Positions 14,834 to 28,200 of a stretch of 64,000 bases of DNA are shown here, piece by piece. Made by a program: the position numbers and the translations under genes. How positions within the stretch are numbered: the first letter of the stretch is position 1; each line of letters opens with the position of its first letter. Under the pieces are notes generated by a model that worked only from the letters and a program-made list of their open reading frames with translations, made no database searches and was not told the DNA's origin. The stretch comes from Leptogorgia sarmentosa (lineage: Eukaryota): positions 2,356,001-2,420,000 of the forward strand of contig OZ210884.1 of NCBI GenBank assembly GCA_964658305.1, in the 5' to 3' direction.

Positions 14834-17800
14834 AAAAGATTCGCTGCACATTGCTCTTGGCATGATGAATACGCATGGTAAATTTGGTGGCGACACCATT
14901 CAAAATGGAAGCCACAGAAGCAATCAAGTCACTTCGCCTGGTATGGTATATTTGCTATTGCTATTGCTCCTGTTGAGATTCCTTTGAAACAACGGGCTAC
15001 CCATCATCATGCCCTTGCTCGTATTTTTATCGCAGGTTTACGAAATTTTCACTGCACATTGCTCTTGGCATGTTGAATACGCATGATAAATTTGGTGGCG
15101 ACACCATTCAAAATGGAAGCCACAGAAGCAATCATGTCCCTTCACCAGGTATGGTATATTTGCTATTGCTATTGCTCCTGTTGAGATTCCTTTGAAACAA
15201 CGGGCTACCCATCACCATGCCCTTGCTCGTATTTTTATCACAGGTTTATGAAATTTTTGCTGCACATTGCTCTTGGCATGGTGAATACGCATGGTAAATT
15301 TGGTGGCGACACCTTTCAAAATGGAAGCCACAGATGCAATCAAGTCCCTTCACCTGGTATGGTATATTTGCTATTGCTCCTGTTGAGATTCCTTTGAAAC
15401 AACGGGCTACCCATCATCATGCCCTTGCTCGTATTTTTATCACAGGTTTACGAAATTTTCGCTGCACATTGCTCTTGGCATGGTGAATACGCATGGTAAA
15501 TTTGGTGGCGACACCATTCAAAATGGAAGCCACAGAAGCAATCAAGTCCCTTCACCTGGTATGGTATATTTGCTATTGCTACTGTTGAGATTCCTTTGAA
15601 ACAACGGGCTACCCATCGTCATGCCCTTGCTCGTATTTTTATCACACGTTTACGAAATTTTCGCTGCACATTGCTCTCGGCATGGTGAATACGCATGGTC
15701 AATTTGGTGGCGACACCATTCAAAATGGAAGCCACAGAAGCAATCAAGTCCCTTCACCTGGTATGGTATATTTGCTATTGCTCCTGTTGAGATTCCTTTG
15801 AAACAACGGGCTACCCATCATCATGCCCTTGCTCGTATTTTTATCACAGGTTTACAAAAGATTCGCTGCACATTGCTCTTGGCATGATGAATACGCATGG
15901 TAAATTTGGTGGCGACACCATTCAAAATGGAAGCCACAGAAGCAATCAAGTCCCTTCACCTGGTATGGTATATTTGCTATTGCTACTGTTGAGATTCCTT
16001 TGAAACAACGGGCTACCCATCGTCATGCCCTTGCTCGTATTTTTATCACACGTTTACGAAAGTTTCGCTGCACATTGCTCTTGGCATGGTGAATACGCAT
16101 GGTAAATTTGGTGGCGACACCATTCAAAATGGAAGCCACAGAAGCAATCAAGTCTTTTCAACTGGTATGCTATATTTGCTATTGCTATTGCTCCTGTTGA
16201 AATTCCTTTGAAACAACGGGCTACCCATTATCATGCCCTTGCTCGTATTTTTATCACAGGTTTACGAAATTTTCGCTGCACATTGCACTTGGCATGGTGA
16301 ATACGCATGGTAAATTTGGTGGCGACACCATTCAAAATGGAAGCCACATAAGCAATCAAGTCCCTTCACCTGGTATGGTATATTTGCTATTGCTATTGCT
16401 CCTGTTGAGATTCCTTTGAAACAACGGGCTACCCATCATCATGCCCTTGCTCGTATTTTTATGACAGGTTTACGAAATTTTCGCTGCACATTGCTCTCTG
16501 CATGGTGAATACGCATGGTAAATTTGGTGGCGACACCATTCAAAATGGAAGCCACTGAAGCAATCAAGTCCCTTCGCCTGGTATGGTATATTTGCTATTG
16601 CTATTGCTCCTGTTGAGATTCCTTTGAAACAACGGGCTACCCATTATCATGCCCTGGCTCGTATTTTTATCACAGGTTTACGAAATTTTCGCTGGACATT
16701 GCTCTTGGCATGGCGAATACGCATGGTAAATTTGGTGGCGACACCATTCAAAATGGAAGCCACATAAGCAATCAAGTCCCTTCACCTGGTATGGTATATT
16801 TGCTATTGCTATTGCTCCTGTTGAGATTCCTTTGAAACAACGGGCTACCCATCATCATGCCCTTGCTCGTATTTTTATGACAGGTTTACGAAATTTTCGC
16901 TGCACATTGCTCTCTGCATGGTGAATACGCATGGTAAATTTGGTGGCGACACCATTCAAAATGGAAGCCACTGAAGCAATCAAGTCCCTTCGCCTGGTAT
17001 GGTATATTTGCTATTGCTATTGCTCCTGTTGAGATTCCTTTGAAACAACGGGCTACCCATTATCATGCCCTGGCTCGTATTTTTATCACAGGTTTACGAA
17101 ATTTTCGCTGGACATTGCTCTTGGCATGGCGAATACGCATGGTAAATTTGGTGGCGACACCATTCAAAATGGAAGCCACAGAAGCAATCAAGTCCCTTCA
17201 GCTGGTATGGTATATTTGCTATTGCTATTGCTCCTGTTGAGATTCCTTTGAAACAACGGGCTACCCATCATCATGCCCTTGCTCGTATTTTTATCACAGG
17301 TTTACGAAATTTTCGCTGCACATTGCTCTTGGCATGGTGAATACGCATGGTAAATTTGGTAGCGACACCATTCAAAATGGAAGCCACAGAAGCAATCAAG
17401 TCCCTTCAGCTGGTATGGTATATTTGCTATTGCTATTGCTCCTGTTGAGATTCCTTTGAAACAACGGGCTACCCATCATCATGCCCTTGCTCGTATTTTT
17501 ATCACAGGTTTACGACATTTTCGCTGCACATTCCTCTTGGCATGGTGAATACGCATGGTAAATTTGGTGGCGACACCATTCAAAATGGAAGCCACAGAAG
17601 CAATCAAGTCCCTTCACCTGTTATGGTATATTTACTATTGCTATTGCTCCTGTTGAGATTCCTTTGAAACAACGGGCTACCCATCGTCATGCCCTTGCTC
17701 GTATTTTTATCACAGGTTTACGAAATTTTCGCTGCACATTGCACTTGGCATGGTGAATACGCATGGTAAATTTGGTGGCGACACCATTCAAAATGGAAGC

Positions 17801-20800
17801 CACATAAGCAATCAAGTCCCTTCACCTGGTATGGTATATTTGCTATTGCTATTGCTCCTGTTGAGATTCCTTTGAAACAACGGGCTACCCATCATCATGC
17901 CCTTGCTCGTATTTTTATGACAGGTTTACGAAATTTTCGCTGCACATTGCTCTCTGCATGGTGAATACGCATGGTAAATTTGGTGGCGACACCATTCAAA
18001 ATGGAAGCCACTGAAGCAATCAAGTCCCTTCGCCTGGTATGGTATATTTGCTATTGCTATTGCTCCTGTTGAGATTCCTTTGAAACAACGGGCTACCCAT
18101 TATCATGCCCTGGCTCGTATTTTTATCACAGGTTTACGAAATTTTCGCTGGACATTGCTCTTGGCATGGCGAATACGCATGGTAAATTTGGTGGCGACAC
18201 CATTCAAAATGGAAGCCACAGAAGCAATCAAGTCCCTTCACCTGGTATGGTATATTTGCTATTGCTCCTGTTGAGATTCCTTTGAAACAACGGGCTACCC
18301 ATCATCATGCCCTTGCTCGTATTTTTATCACAGGTTTAGGAAATTTTCGCTGCAGATTGCTCTTTGCATGGTGAATACGCATGGTAAATTTGGTGGCGAC
18401 ACCATTCAAAATGGAAGCCACTGAAGCAATCAAGTCCCTTCGCCTGGTATGGTATATTTGCCATTGCTATTGCTCCTGTTGAGATTCCTTTGAAACAACG
18501 GGCTACCCTTCATCATGCCCTTGCTCGTATTTTTATCACAGGTTTACGAAATTTTCGCTGCACATTGCTCTTGGCATGGTGAATACGCATGGTAAATTTG
18601 GTGGCGACACCATTCAAAATGGAAGCCACAGAAGCAATCAAGTCACTTCGCCTGGTATGGTATATTTGCTATTGCTATTGCTCCTGTTGAGATTCCTTTG
18701 AAACAACGGGCTACCCATCATCATGCCCTTGCTCGTATTTTTATCACAGGTTTACGAAATTTTCGCTGCACATTGCTCTTGGCATGGTGAATACGCATGG
18801 TAAATTTGGTGGCGACACCTTTCAAAATGGAAGCCACAGATGCAATCAAGTCCCTTCACCTGGTATGGTATATTTGCTATTGCTCCTGTTGAGATTCCTT
18901 TGAAACAACGGGCTACCCATCATCATGCCCTTGCTCGTATTTTTATCACAGGTTTACGAAATTTTCGCTGCACATTGCTCTTGGCATGGTGAATACGCAT
19001 GGTAAATTTGGTGGCGACACCATTCAAAATGGAAGCCACAGAAGCAATCAAGTCCCGTCACCTGGTATGGTATATTTGCTATTGGTCCTGTTGAGATTCC
19101 TTTGAAACAACGGGCTACCCATCATCATGCCCTTGCTCGTATTTTTATCACAGGTTTACGAAATTTTCGCTGCACATTGCTCTTGGCATGATGAATACGC
19201 ATGGTAAATTTGGTGGCGACACCATTCAAAATGGAAGCCACAGAAGCAATCAAGTCCCTTCACCTGGTATGGTATATTTGCTATTGCTCCTGTTGAGATT
19301 CCTTTGAAACAACGGGCTACCCATCATCATGCCCTTGCTCGTATTTTTATCACAGGTTTACAAAAGTTTCGCTGCACATTGCTCTTGGCATGATGAATAC
19401 GCATGGTAAATTTGGTGGCGACACCATTCAAAATGGAAGCCACAGAAGCAATCAAGTCCCTTCACCTGGTATGGTATATTTGCTATTGCTACTGTTGAGA
19501 TTCCTTTGAAACAACGGGCTACCCATCGTCATGCCCTTGCTCGTATTTTTATCACACGTTTACGAAAGTTTCGCTGCACATTGCTCTTGGCATGGCGAAT
19601 ACGCATGGTAAATTTGGTGGCGACACCATTCAAAATGGAAGCCACTGAAGCAATCAAGTCCCTTCGCCTGGTATGGTATATTTGCTATTGCTATTGCTCC
19701 TGTTGAGATTCCTTTGAAACAACGGGCTACCCATTATCATGCCCTGGCTCGTATTTTTATCACAGGTTTACGAAATTTTCGCTGGACATTGCTCTTGGCA
19801 TGGCGAATACGCATGGTAAATTTGGTGGCGACACCATTCAAAATGGAAGCCACAGAAGCAATCAAGTCCCTTCACCTGGTATGGTATATTTGCTATTGCT
19901 CCTGTTGAGATTCCTTTGAAACAACGGGCTACCCATCATCATGCCCTTGCTCGTATTTTTATCACAGGTTTAGGAAATTTTCGCTGCACATTGCTCTTGG
20001 CATGGGGAATACGCATGGTAAATTTGGTGGTGACACCATTCAAAATGGAAGACACAGAAGCAATCAAGTCCCTTCACCTGGTATGGTATATTTGCTATTG
20101 CTATTGCTCCTGTTGAGATTCCTTTGAAACAACGGGCTACCCATCATCATGCCCTTGCTCGTATTTTTATCACACGTTTACGAAATTTTCGCTGCACATT
20201 GCTCTCGGCATGGTGAATACGCATGGTCAATTTGGTGGCGACACCATTCAAAATGGAAGCCACAGAAGCAATCAAGTCCCTTCACCTGGTATGGTATATT
20301 TGCTATTGCTCCTGTTGAGATTCCTTTGAAACAACGGGCTACCCATCATCATGCCATTGCTCGTATTTTTATCACAGGTTTACGACATTTTCGCTGCACA
20401 TTGCTCTTGGCATGGTGAATACGCATGGTCAATTTGGTGGCGACACCATTCAAAATGGAAGCCACTGAAGCAATCAAGTCCCTTCGCCTGGTATGGTATA
20501 TTTGCTATTGCTATTGCTCCTGTTGAGATTCTTTGAAACAACGGGCTACCCATCATCATGCCATTGCTCGTATTTTTATCACAGGTTTACGACATTTTCG
20601 CTGCACATTGCTCTTGGCATGGTGAATACGCATGGTCAATTTGGTGGCGACACCATTCAAAATGGAAGCCACAGAAGCAATCAAGTCCCTTCACCTGGTA
20701 TGGTATATTTGCTATTGCTCCTGTTGAGATTCCTTTGAAACAACGGGCTACCCATCATCATGCCCTTGCTCGTATTTTTATCACAGGTTTACAAAAGATT

Positions 20801-23800
20801 CGCTGCACATTGCTCTTGGCATGATGAATACGCATGGTAAATTTGGTGGCGACACCATTCAAAATGGAAGCCACAGAAGCAATCAAGTCACTTCGCCTGG
20901 TATGGTATATTTGCTATTGCTATTGCTCCTGTTGAGATTCCTTTGAAACAACGGGCTACCCATCATCATGCCCTTGCTCGTATTTTTATCGCAGGTTTAC
21001 GAAATTTTCACTGCACATTGCTCTTGGCATGTTGAATACGCATGATAAATTTGGTGGCGACACCATTCAAAATGGAAGCCACAGAAGCAATCATGTCCCT
21101 TCACCAGGTATGGTATATTTGCTATTGCTATTGCTCCTGTTGAGATTCCTTTGAAACAACGGGCTACCCATCACCATGCCCTTGCTCGTATTTTTATCAC
21201 AGGTTTATGAAATTTTTGCTGCACATTGCTCTTGGCATGGTGAATACGCATGGTAAATTTGGTGGCGAAACCTTTCAAAATGGAAGCCACAGATGCAATC
21301 AAGTCCCTTCACCTGGTATGGTATATTTGCTATTGCTCCTGTTGAGATTCCTTTGAAACAACGGGCTACCCATCATCATGCCCTTGCTCGTATTTTTATC
21401 ACAGGTTTACGAAATTTTCGCTGCACATTGCTCTTGGCATGGTGAATACGCATGGTAAATTTGGTGGCGACACCATTCAAAATGGAAGCCACAGAAGCAA
21501 TCAAGTCCCTTCACCTGGTATGGTATATTTGCTATTGCTACTGTTGAGATTCCTTTGAAACAACGGGCTACCCATCGTCATGCCCTTGCTCGTATTTTTA
21601 TCACACGTTTACGAAATTTTCGCTGCACATTGCTCTCGGCATGGTGAATACGCATGGTCAATTTGGTGGCGACACCATTCAAAATGGAAGCCACAGAAGC
21701 AATCAAGTCCCTTCACCTGGTATGGTATATTTGCTATTGCTCCTGTTGAGATTCCTTTGAAACAACGGGCTACCCATCATCATGCCCTTGCTCGTATTTT
21801 TATCACAGGTTTACAAAAGATTCGCTGCACATTGCTCTTGGCATGATGAATACGCATGGTAAATTTGGTGGCGACACCATTCAAAATGGAAGCCACAGAA
21901 GCAATCAAGTCCCTTCACCTGGTATGGTATATTTGCTATTGCTACTGTTGAGATTCCTTTGAAACAACGGGCTACCCATCGTCATGCCCTTGCTCGTATT
22001 TTTATCACACGTTTACGAAAGTTTCGCTGCACATTGCTCTTGGCATGGTGAATACGCATGGTAAATTTGGTGGCGACACCATTCAAAATGGAAGCCACAG
22101 AAGCAATCAAGTCTTTTCAACTGGTATGCTATATTTGCTATTGCTATTGCTCCTGTTGAAATTCCTTTGAAACAACGGGCTACCCATTATCATGCCCTTG
22201 CTCGTATTTTTATCACAGGTTTACGAAATTTTCGCTGCACATTGCACTTGGCATGGTGAATACGCATGGTAAATTTGGTGGCGACACCATTCAAAATGGA
22301 AGCCACATAAGCAATCAAGTCCCTTCACCTGGTATGGTATATTTGCTATTGCTATTGCTCCTGTTGAGATTCCTTTGAAACAACGGGCTACCCATCATCA
22401 TGCCCTTGCTCGTATTTTTATGACAGGTTTACGAAATTTTCGCTGCACATTGCTCTCTGCATGGTGAATACGCATGGTAAATTTGGTGGCGACACCATTC
22501 AAAATGGAAGCCACTGAAGCAATCAAGTCCCTTCGCCTGGTATGGTATATTTGCTATTGCTATTGCTCCTGTTGAGATTCCTTTGAAACAACGGGCTACC
22601 CATTATCATGCCCTGGCTCGTATTTTTATCACAGGTTTACGAAATTTTCGCTGGACATTGCTCTTGGCATGGCGAATACGCATGGTAAATTTGGTGGCGA
22701 CACCATTCAAAATGGAAGCCACATAAGCAATCAAGTCCCTTCACCTGGTATGGTATATTTGCTATTGCTATTGCTCCTGTTGAGATTCCTTTGAAACAAC
22801 GGGCTACCCATCATCATGCCCTTGCTCGTATTTTTATGACAGGTTTACGAAATTTTCGCTGCACATTGCTCTCTGCATGGTGAATACGCATGGTAAATTT
22901 GGTGGCGACACCATTCAAAATGGAAGCCACTGAAGCAATCAAGTCCCTTCGCCTGGTATGGTATATTTGCTATTGCTATTGCTCCTGTTGAGATTCCTTT
23001 GAAACAACGGGCTACCCATTATCATGCCCTGGCTCGTATTTTTATCACAGGTTTACGAAATTTTCGCTGGACATTGCTCTTGGCATGGCGAATACGCATG
23101 GTAAATTTGGTGGCGACACCATTCAAAATGGAAGCCACAGAAGCAATCAAGTCCCTTCAGCTGGTATGGTATATTTGCTATTGCTATTGCTCCTGTTGAG
23201 ATTCCTTTGAAACAACGGGCTACCCATCATCATGCCCTTGCTCGTATTTTTATCACAGGTTTACGAAATTTTCGCTGCACATTGCTCTTGGCATGGTGAA
23301 TACGCATGGTAAATTTGGTAGCGACACCATTCAAAATGGAAGCCACAGAAGCAATCAAGTCCCTTCAGCTGGTATGGTATATTTGCTATTGCTATTGCTC
23401 CTGTTGAGATTCCTTTGAAACAACGGGCTACCCATCATCATGCCCTTGCTCGTATTTTTATCACAGGTTTACGACATTTTCGCTGCACATTGCTCTTGGC
23501 ATGGTGAATACGCATGGTAAATTTGGTAGCGACACCATTCAAAATGGAAGCCACAGAAGCAATCAAGTTCCTTTACCTGGTATGGTATATTTGCTATCGC
23601 TATTGCTCCTGTTGAGATTCCTTTGAAACAACGGGCTACCCATCATCATGCCCTTGCTCGTATTTTTATCACAGGTTTACGACATTTTCGCTGCACATTC
23701 CTCTTGGCATGGTGAATACGCATGGTAAATTTGGTGGCGACACCATTCAAAATGGAAGCCACAGAAGCAATCAAGTCCCTTCACCTGTTATGGTATATTT

Positions 23801-25220
23801 ACTATTGCTATTGCTCCTGTTGAGATTCCTTTGAAACAACGGGCTACCCATCGTCAGGCCCTTGCTCGTATTTTTATCACAGGTTTACGAAATTTTCGCT
23901 GCACATTGCACTTGGCATGGTGAATACGCATGGTAAATTTGGTGGCGACACCATTCAAAATGGAAGCCACATAAGCAATCAAGTCCCTTCACCTGGTATG
24001 GTATATTTGCTATTGCTATTGCTCCTGTTGAGATTCCTTTGAAACAACGGGCTACCCATCATCATGCCCTTGCTCGTATTTTTATGACAGGTTTACGAAA
24101 TTTTCGCTGCACATTGCTCTCTGCATGGTGAATACGCATGGTAAATTTGGTGGCGACACCATTCAAAATGGAAGCCACTGAAGCAATCAAGTCCCTTCGC
24201 CTGGTATGGTATATTTGCTATTGCTATTGCTCCTGTTGAGATTCCTTTGAAACAACGGGCTACCCATTATCATGCCCTGGCTCGTATTTTTATCACAGGT
24301 TTACGAAATTTTCGCTGGACATTGCTCTTGGCATGGCGAATACGCATGGTAAATTTGGTGGCGACACCATTCAAAATGGAAGCCACAGAAGCAATCAAGT
24401 CCCTTCACCTGGTATGGTATATTTGCTATTGCTCCTGTTGAGATTCCTTTGAAACAACGGGCTACCCATCATCATGCCCTTGCTCGTATTTTTATCACAG
24501 GTTTAGGAAATTTTCGCTGCAGATTGCTCTTTGCATGGTGAATACGCATGGTAAATTTGGTGGCGACACCATTCAAAATGGAAGCCACTGAAGCAATCAA
24601 GTCCCTTCGCCTGGTATGGTATATTTGCTATTGCTATTGCTCCTGTTGAGATTCCTTTGAAACAACGGGCTACCCTTCATCATGCCCTTGCTCGTATTTT
24701 TATCACAGGTTTACGAAATTTTCGCTGCACATTGCTCTTGGCATGGTGAATACGCATGGTAAATTTGGTGGCGACACCATTCAAAATGGAAGCCACAGAA
24801 GCAATCAAGTCACTTCGCCTGGTATGGTATATTTGCTATTGCTATTGCTCCTGTTGAGATTCCTTTGAAACAACGGGCTACCCATCATCATGCCCTTGCT
24901 CGTATTTTTATCACAGGTTTACGAAATTTTCGCTGCACATTGCTCTTGGCATGGTGAATACGCATGGTAAATTTGGTGGCGACACCTTTCAAAATGGAAG
25001 CCACAGATGCAATCAAGTCCCTTCACCTGGTATGGTATATTTGCTATTGCTCCTGTTGAGATTCCTTTGAAACAACGGGCTACCCATCATCATGCCCTTG
25101 CTCGTATTTTTATCACAGGTTTACGAAATTTTCGCTGCACATTGCTCTTGGCATGGTGAATACGCATGGTAAATTTGGTGGCGACACCATTCAAAATGGA
25201 AGCCACAGAAGCAATCAAGT
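13304..25220. repeat. Higher-order tandem duplication, period 5959 bp (29 monomers); the second copy has one extra 208-bp monomer
   Basis: ORF offsets 13547/19506, 15621/21580 and 17040/22999 equal 5959. 18080/24247 equals 6167 (5959+208), with the extra monomer near 23400-23630. A few private SNPs, e.g. 21269, 23857, 18462. Confidence 0.92.
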
Positions 25221-28200
25221 CCCTTCACCTGGTATGGTATATTTGCTATTGCTCCTGTTGAGATTCCTTTGAAACAACGGGCTACCCATCATCATGCCCT
25301 TGCTCGTATTTTTATCACAGGTTTACAAAAGTTTCGCTGCACATTGCTCTTGGCATGATGAATACGCATGGTAAATTTGGTGGCGACACCATTCAAAATG
25401 GAAGCCACAGAAGCAATCAAGTCCCTTCACCTGGTATGGTATATTTGCTATTGCTACTGTTGAGATTCCTTTGAAACAACGGGCTACCCATCGTCATGCC
25501 CTTGCTCGTATTTTTATCACACGTTTACGAAAGTTTCGCTGCACATTGCTCTCGGCATGGTGAATACGCATGGTAAATTTGGTGGCGACACCATTCAAAA
25601 TGGAAGCCACAGAAGCAATCAAGTCTTTTCAACTGGTATGCTATATTTGCTATTGCTATTGCTCCTGTTGAAATTCCTTTGAAACAACGGGCTACCCATT
25701 ATCATGCCCTTGCTCGTATTTTTATCACAGGTTTACGAAATTTTCGCTGCACATTGCACTTGGCATGGTGAATACGCATGGTAAATTTGGTGGCGACACC
25801 ATTCAAAATGGAAGCCACATAAGCAATCAAGTCCCTTCACCTGGTATGGTATATTTGCTATTGCTATTGCTCCTGTTGAGATTCCTTTGAAACAACGGGC
25901 TACCCATCATCATGCCCTTGCTCGTATTTTTATGACAGGTTTACGAAATTTTCGCTGCACATTGCTCTCTGCATGGTGAATACGCATGGTAAATTTGGTG
26001 GCGACACCATTCAAAATGGAAGCCACTGAAGCAATCAAGTCCCTTCGCCTGGTATGGTATATTTGCTATTGCTATTGCTCCTGTTGAGATTCCTTTGAAA
26101 CAACGGGCTACCCATTATCATGCCCTGGCTCGTATTTTTATCACAGGTTTACGAAATTTTCGCTGGACATTGCTCTTGGCATGGCGAATACGCATGGTAA
26201 ATTTGGTGGCGACACCATTCAAAATGGAAGCCACAGAAGAAATCAAGTCCCTTCACCTGGTATGGTATATTTGGTATTGCTATTGCTCCTGTTGAGATTC
26301 CTTTGAAACAACGGGCTACACATCATCATGCCCTTGCTCGTATTTTTATCACAGGTTTACGAAATTTTCGCTGCACATTGCTCTTGGCATGGTGAATACG
26401 CATGGTAAATTTGGTGGCGACACCATTCAAAATGGAAGCCACAGAAGCAATCAAGTCCCTTCAGCTGGTATGGTATATTTGCTATTGCTATTGCTCCTAT
26501 TGAGATTCCTTTGAAACAACGGGCTACCCATCATCATGCCCTTGCTCGTATTTTTATCACAGGTTTACGAAATTTTCGCTGCACATTGCTCTTGGCATGG
26601 TGAATACGCATGGTAAATTTGGTAACGACACCATTCAAAATGGAAGCCACAGAAGCAATCAAGTCCCTTCAGCTGGTATGGTATATTTGCTATTGCTATT
26701 GCTCCTGTTGAGATTCCTTTGAAACAACGGGCTACCCATCATCATGCCCTTGCTCGTATTTTCATCACAGGTTTACGAAATTTTCGCTGCACATTGCTCT
26801 TGGCATGGTGAATACGCATGGTAAATTTGGTAGCGACACCATTCAAAATGGAAGCCACAGAAGCAATCAAGTTCCTTTACCTGGTATGGTATATTTGCTA
26901 TCGCTATTGCTCCTGTTGAGATTCCTTTGAAACAACGGGCTACCCATCATCATGCCCTTGCTCGTATTTTTATCACAGGTTTACGACATTTTCGCTGCAC
27001 ATTCCTCTTGGCATGGTGAATACGCATGGTAAATGTGGTGGCGACACCATTCAAAATGGAAGCCACAGAAGCAATCAAGTCCCTTCACCTGTTATGGTAT
27101 ATTTACTATTGCTATTGCTCCTGTTGAGATTCCTTTGAAACAACGGGCTACCCATCATCATGCCCTTGCTCGTATTTTTATCACAGGTTTACGAAATTTT
27201 CGCTGCACATTGCTCTTGGCATGGTGAATACGCATGGTAAATTTGGTAGCGACACCATTCAAAATGGAAGCCACAGAAGCAATCAAGTCCCTTTACCTGG
27301 TATGGTATATTTGCTATCGCTATTGCTCCTGTTGAGATTCCTTTGAAACAACGGGCTACCCATCATCATGCCCTTGCTCGTATTTTTATCACAGGTTTAC
27401 GACATTTTCGCTGCACATTCCTCTTGGCATGGTGAATACGCATGGTAAATTTGGTGGCGACACCATTCAAAATGGAAGCCACAGAAGCAATCAAGTCCCT
27501 TCACCTGTTATGGTATATTTACTATTGCTATTGCTCCTGTTGAGATTCCTTTGAAACAACGGGCTACCCATCATCATGCCCTTGCTCGTATTTTTATGAC
27601 AGGTTTACGAAATTTTCGCTGCACATTGCTCTTGGCATGGTGAATACGCATGGTAAATTTGGTGGTGACAACATTCAAAATGGAAGCCACAGAAGCAATC
27701 AAGTCCCTTCACCTGGTATGGTATATTTGCTATTGCTCCTGTTGAGATTCCTTTGAAACAACGGGCTACCCATCATCATGCCCTTGCTCGTATTTTTATC
27801 ACAGCTTTACGAAATTTTCGCTGCACATTGCTCTTGGCATGATGAATACGCATGGTAAATTTGTTGGCGACACCATTCAAAATGGAAGCCACAGAAGCAA
27901 TCAAGTCCCTTCGCCTGGTATGGTATATTTGCTATTGCTATTGCTCCTGTTGAGATTCCTTTGAAACAACGGGCTACCCATCATCATGCCCTTGCTCGTA
28001 TTTTTATCACAGGTTTACGACATTTTCGCTGCACATTCCTCTTGGCATGGTGAATACGCATGGTAAATTTGGTGGCGACACCATTCAAAATGGAAGCCAC
28101 AGAAGCAATCAAGTCCCTTCACCTGTTATGGTATATTTACTATTGCTATTGCTCCTGTTGAGATTCCTTTGAAACAACGGGCTACCCATCGTCATGCCCT

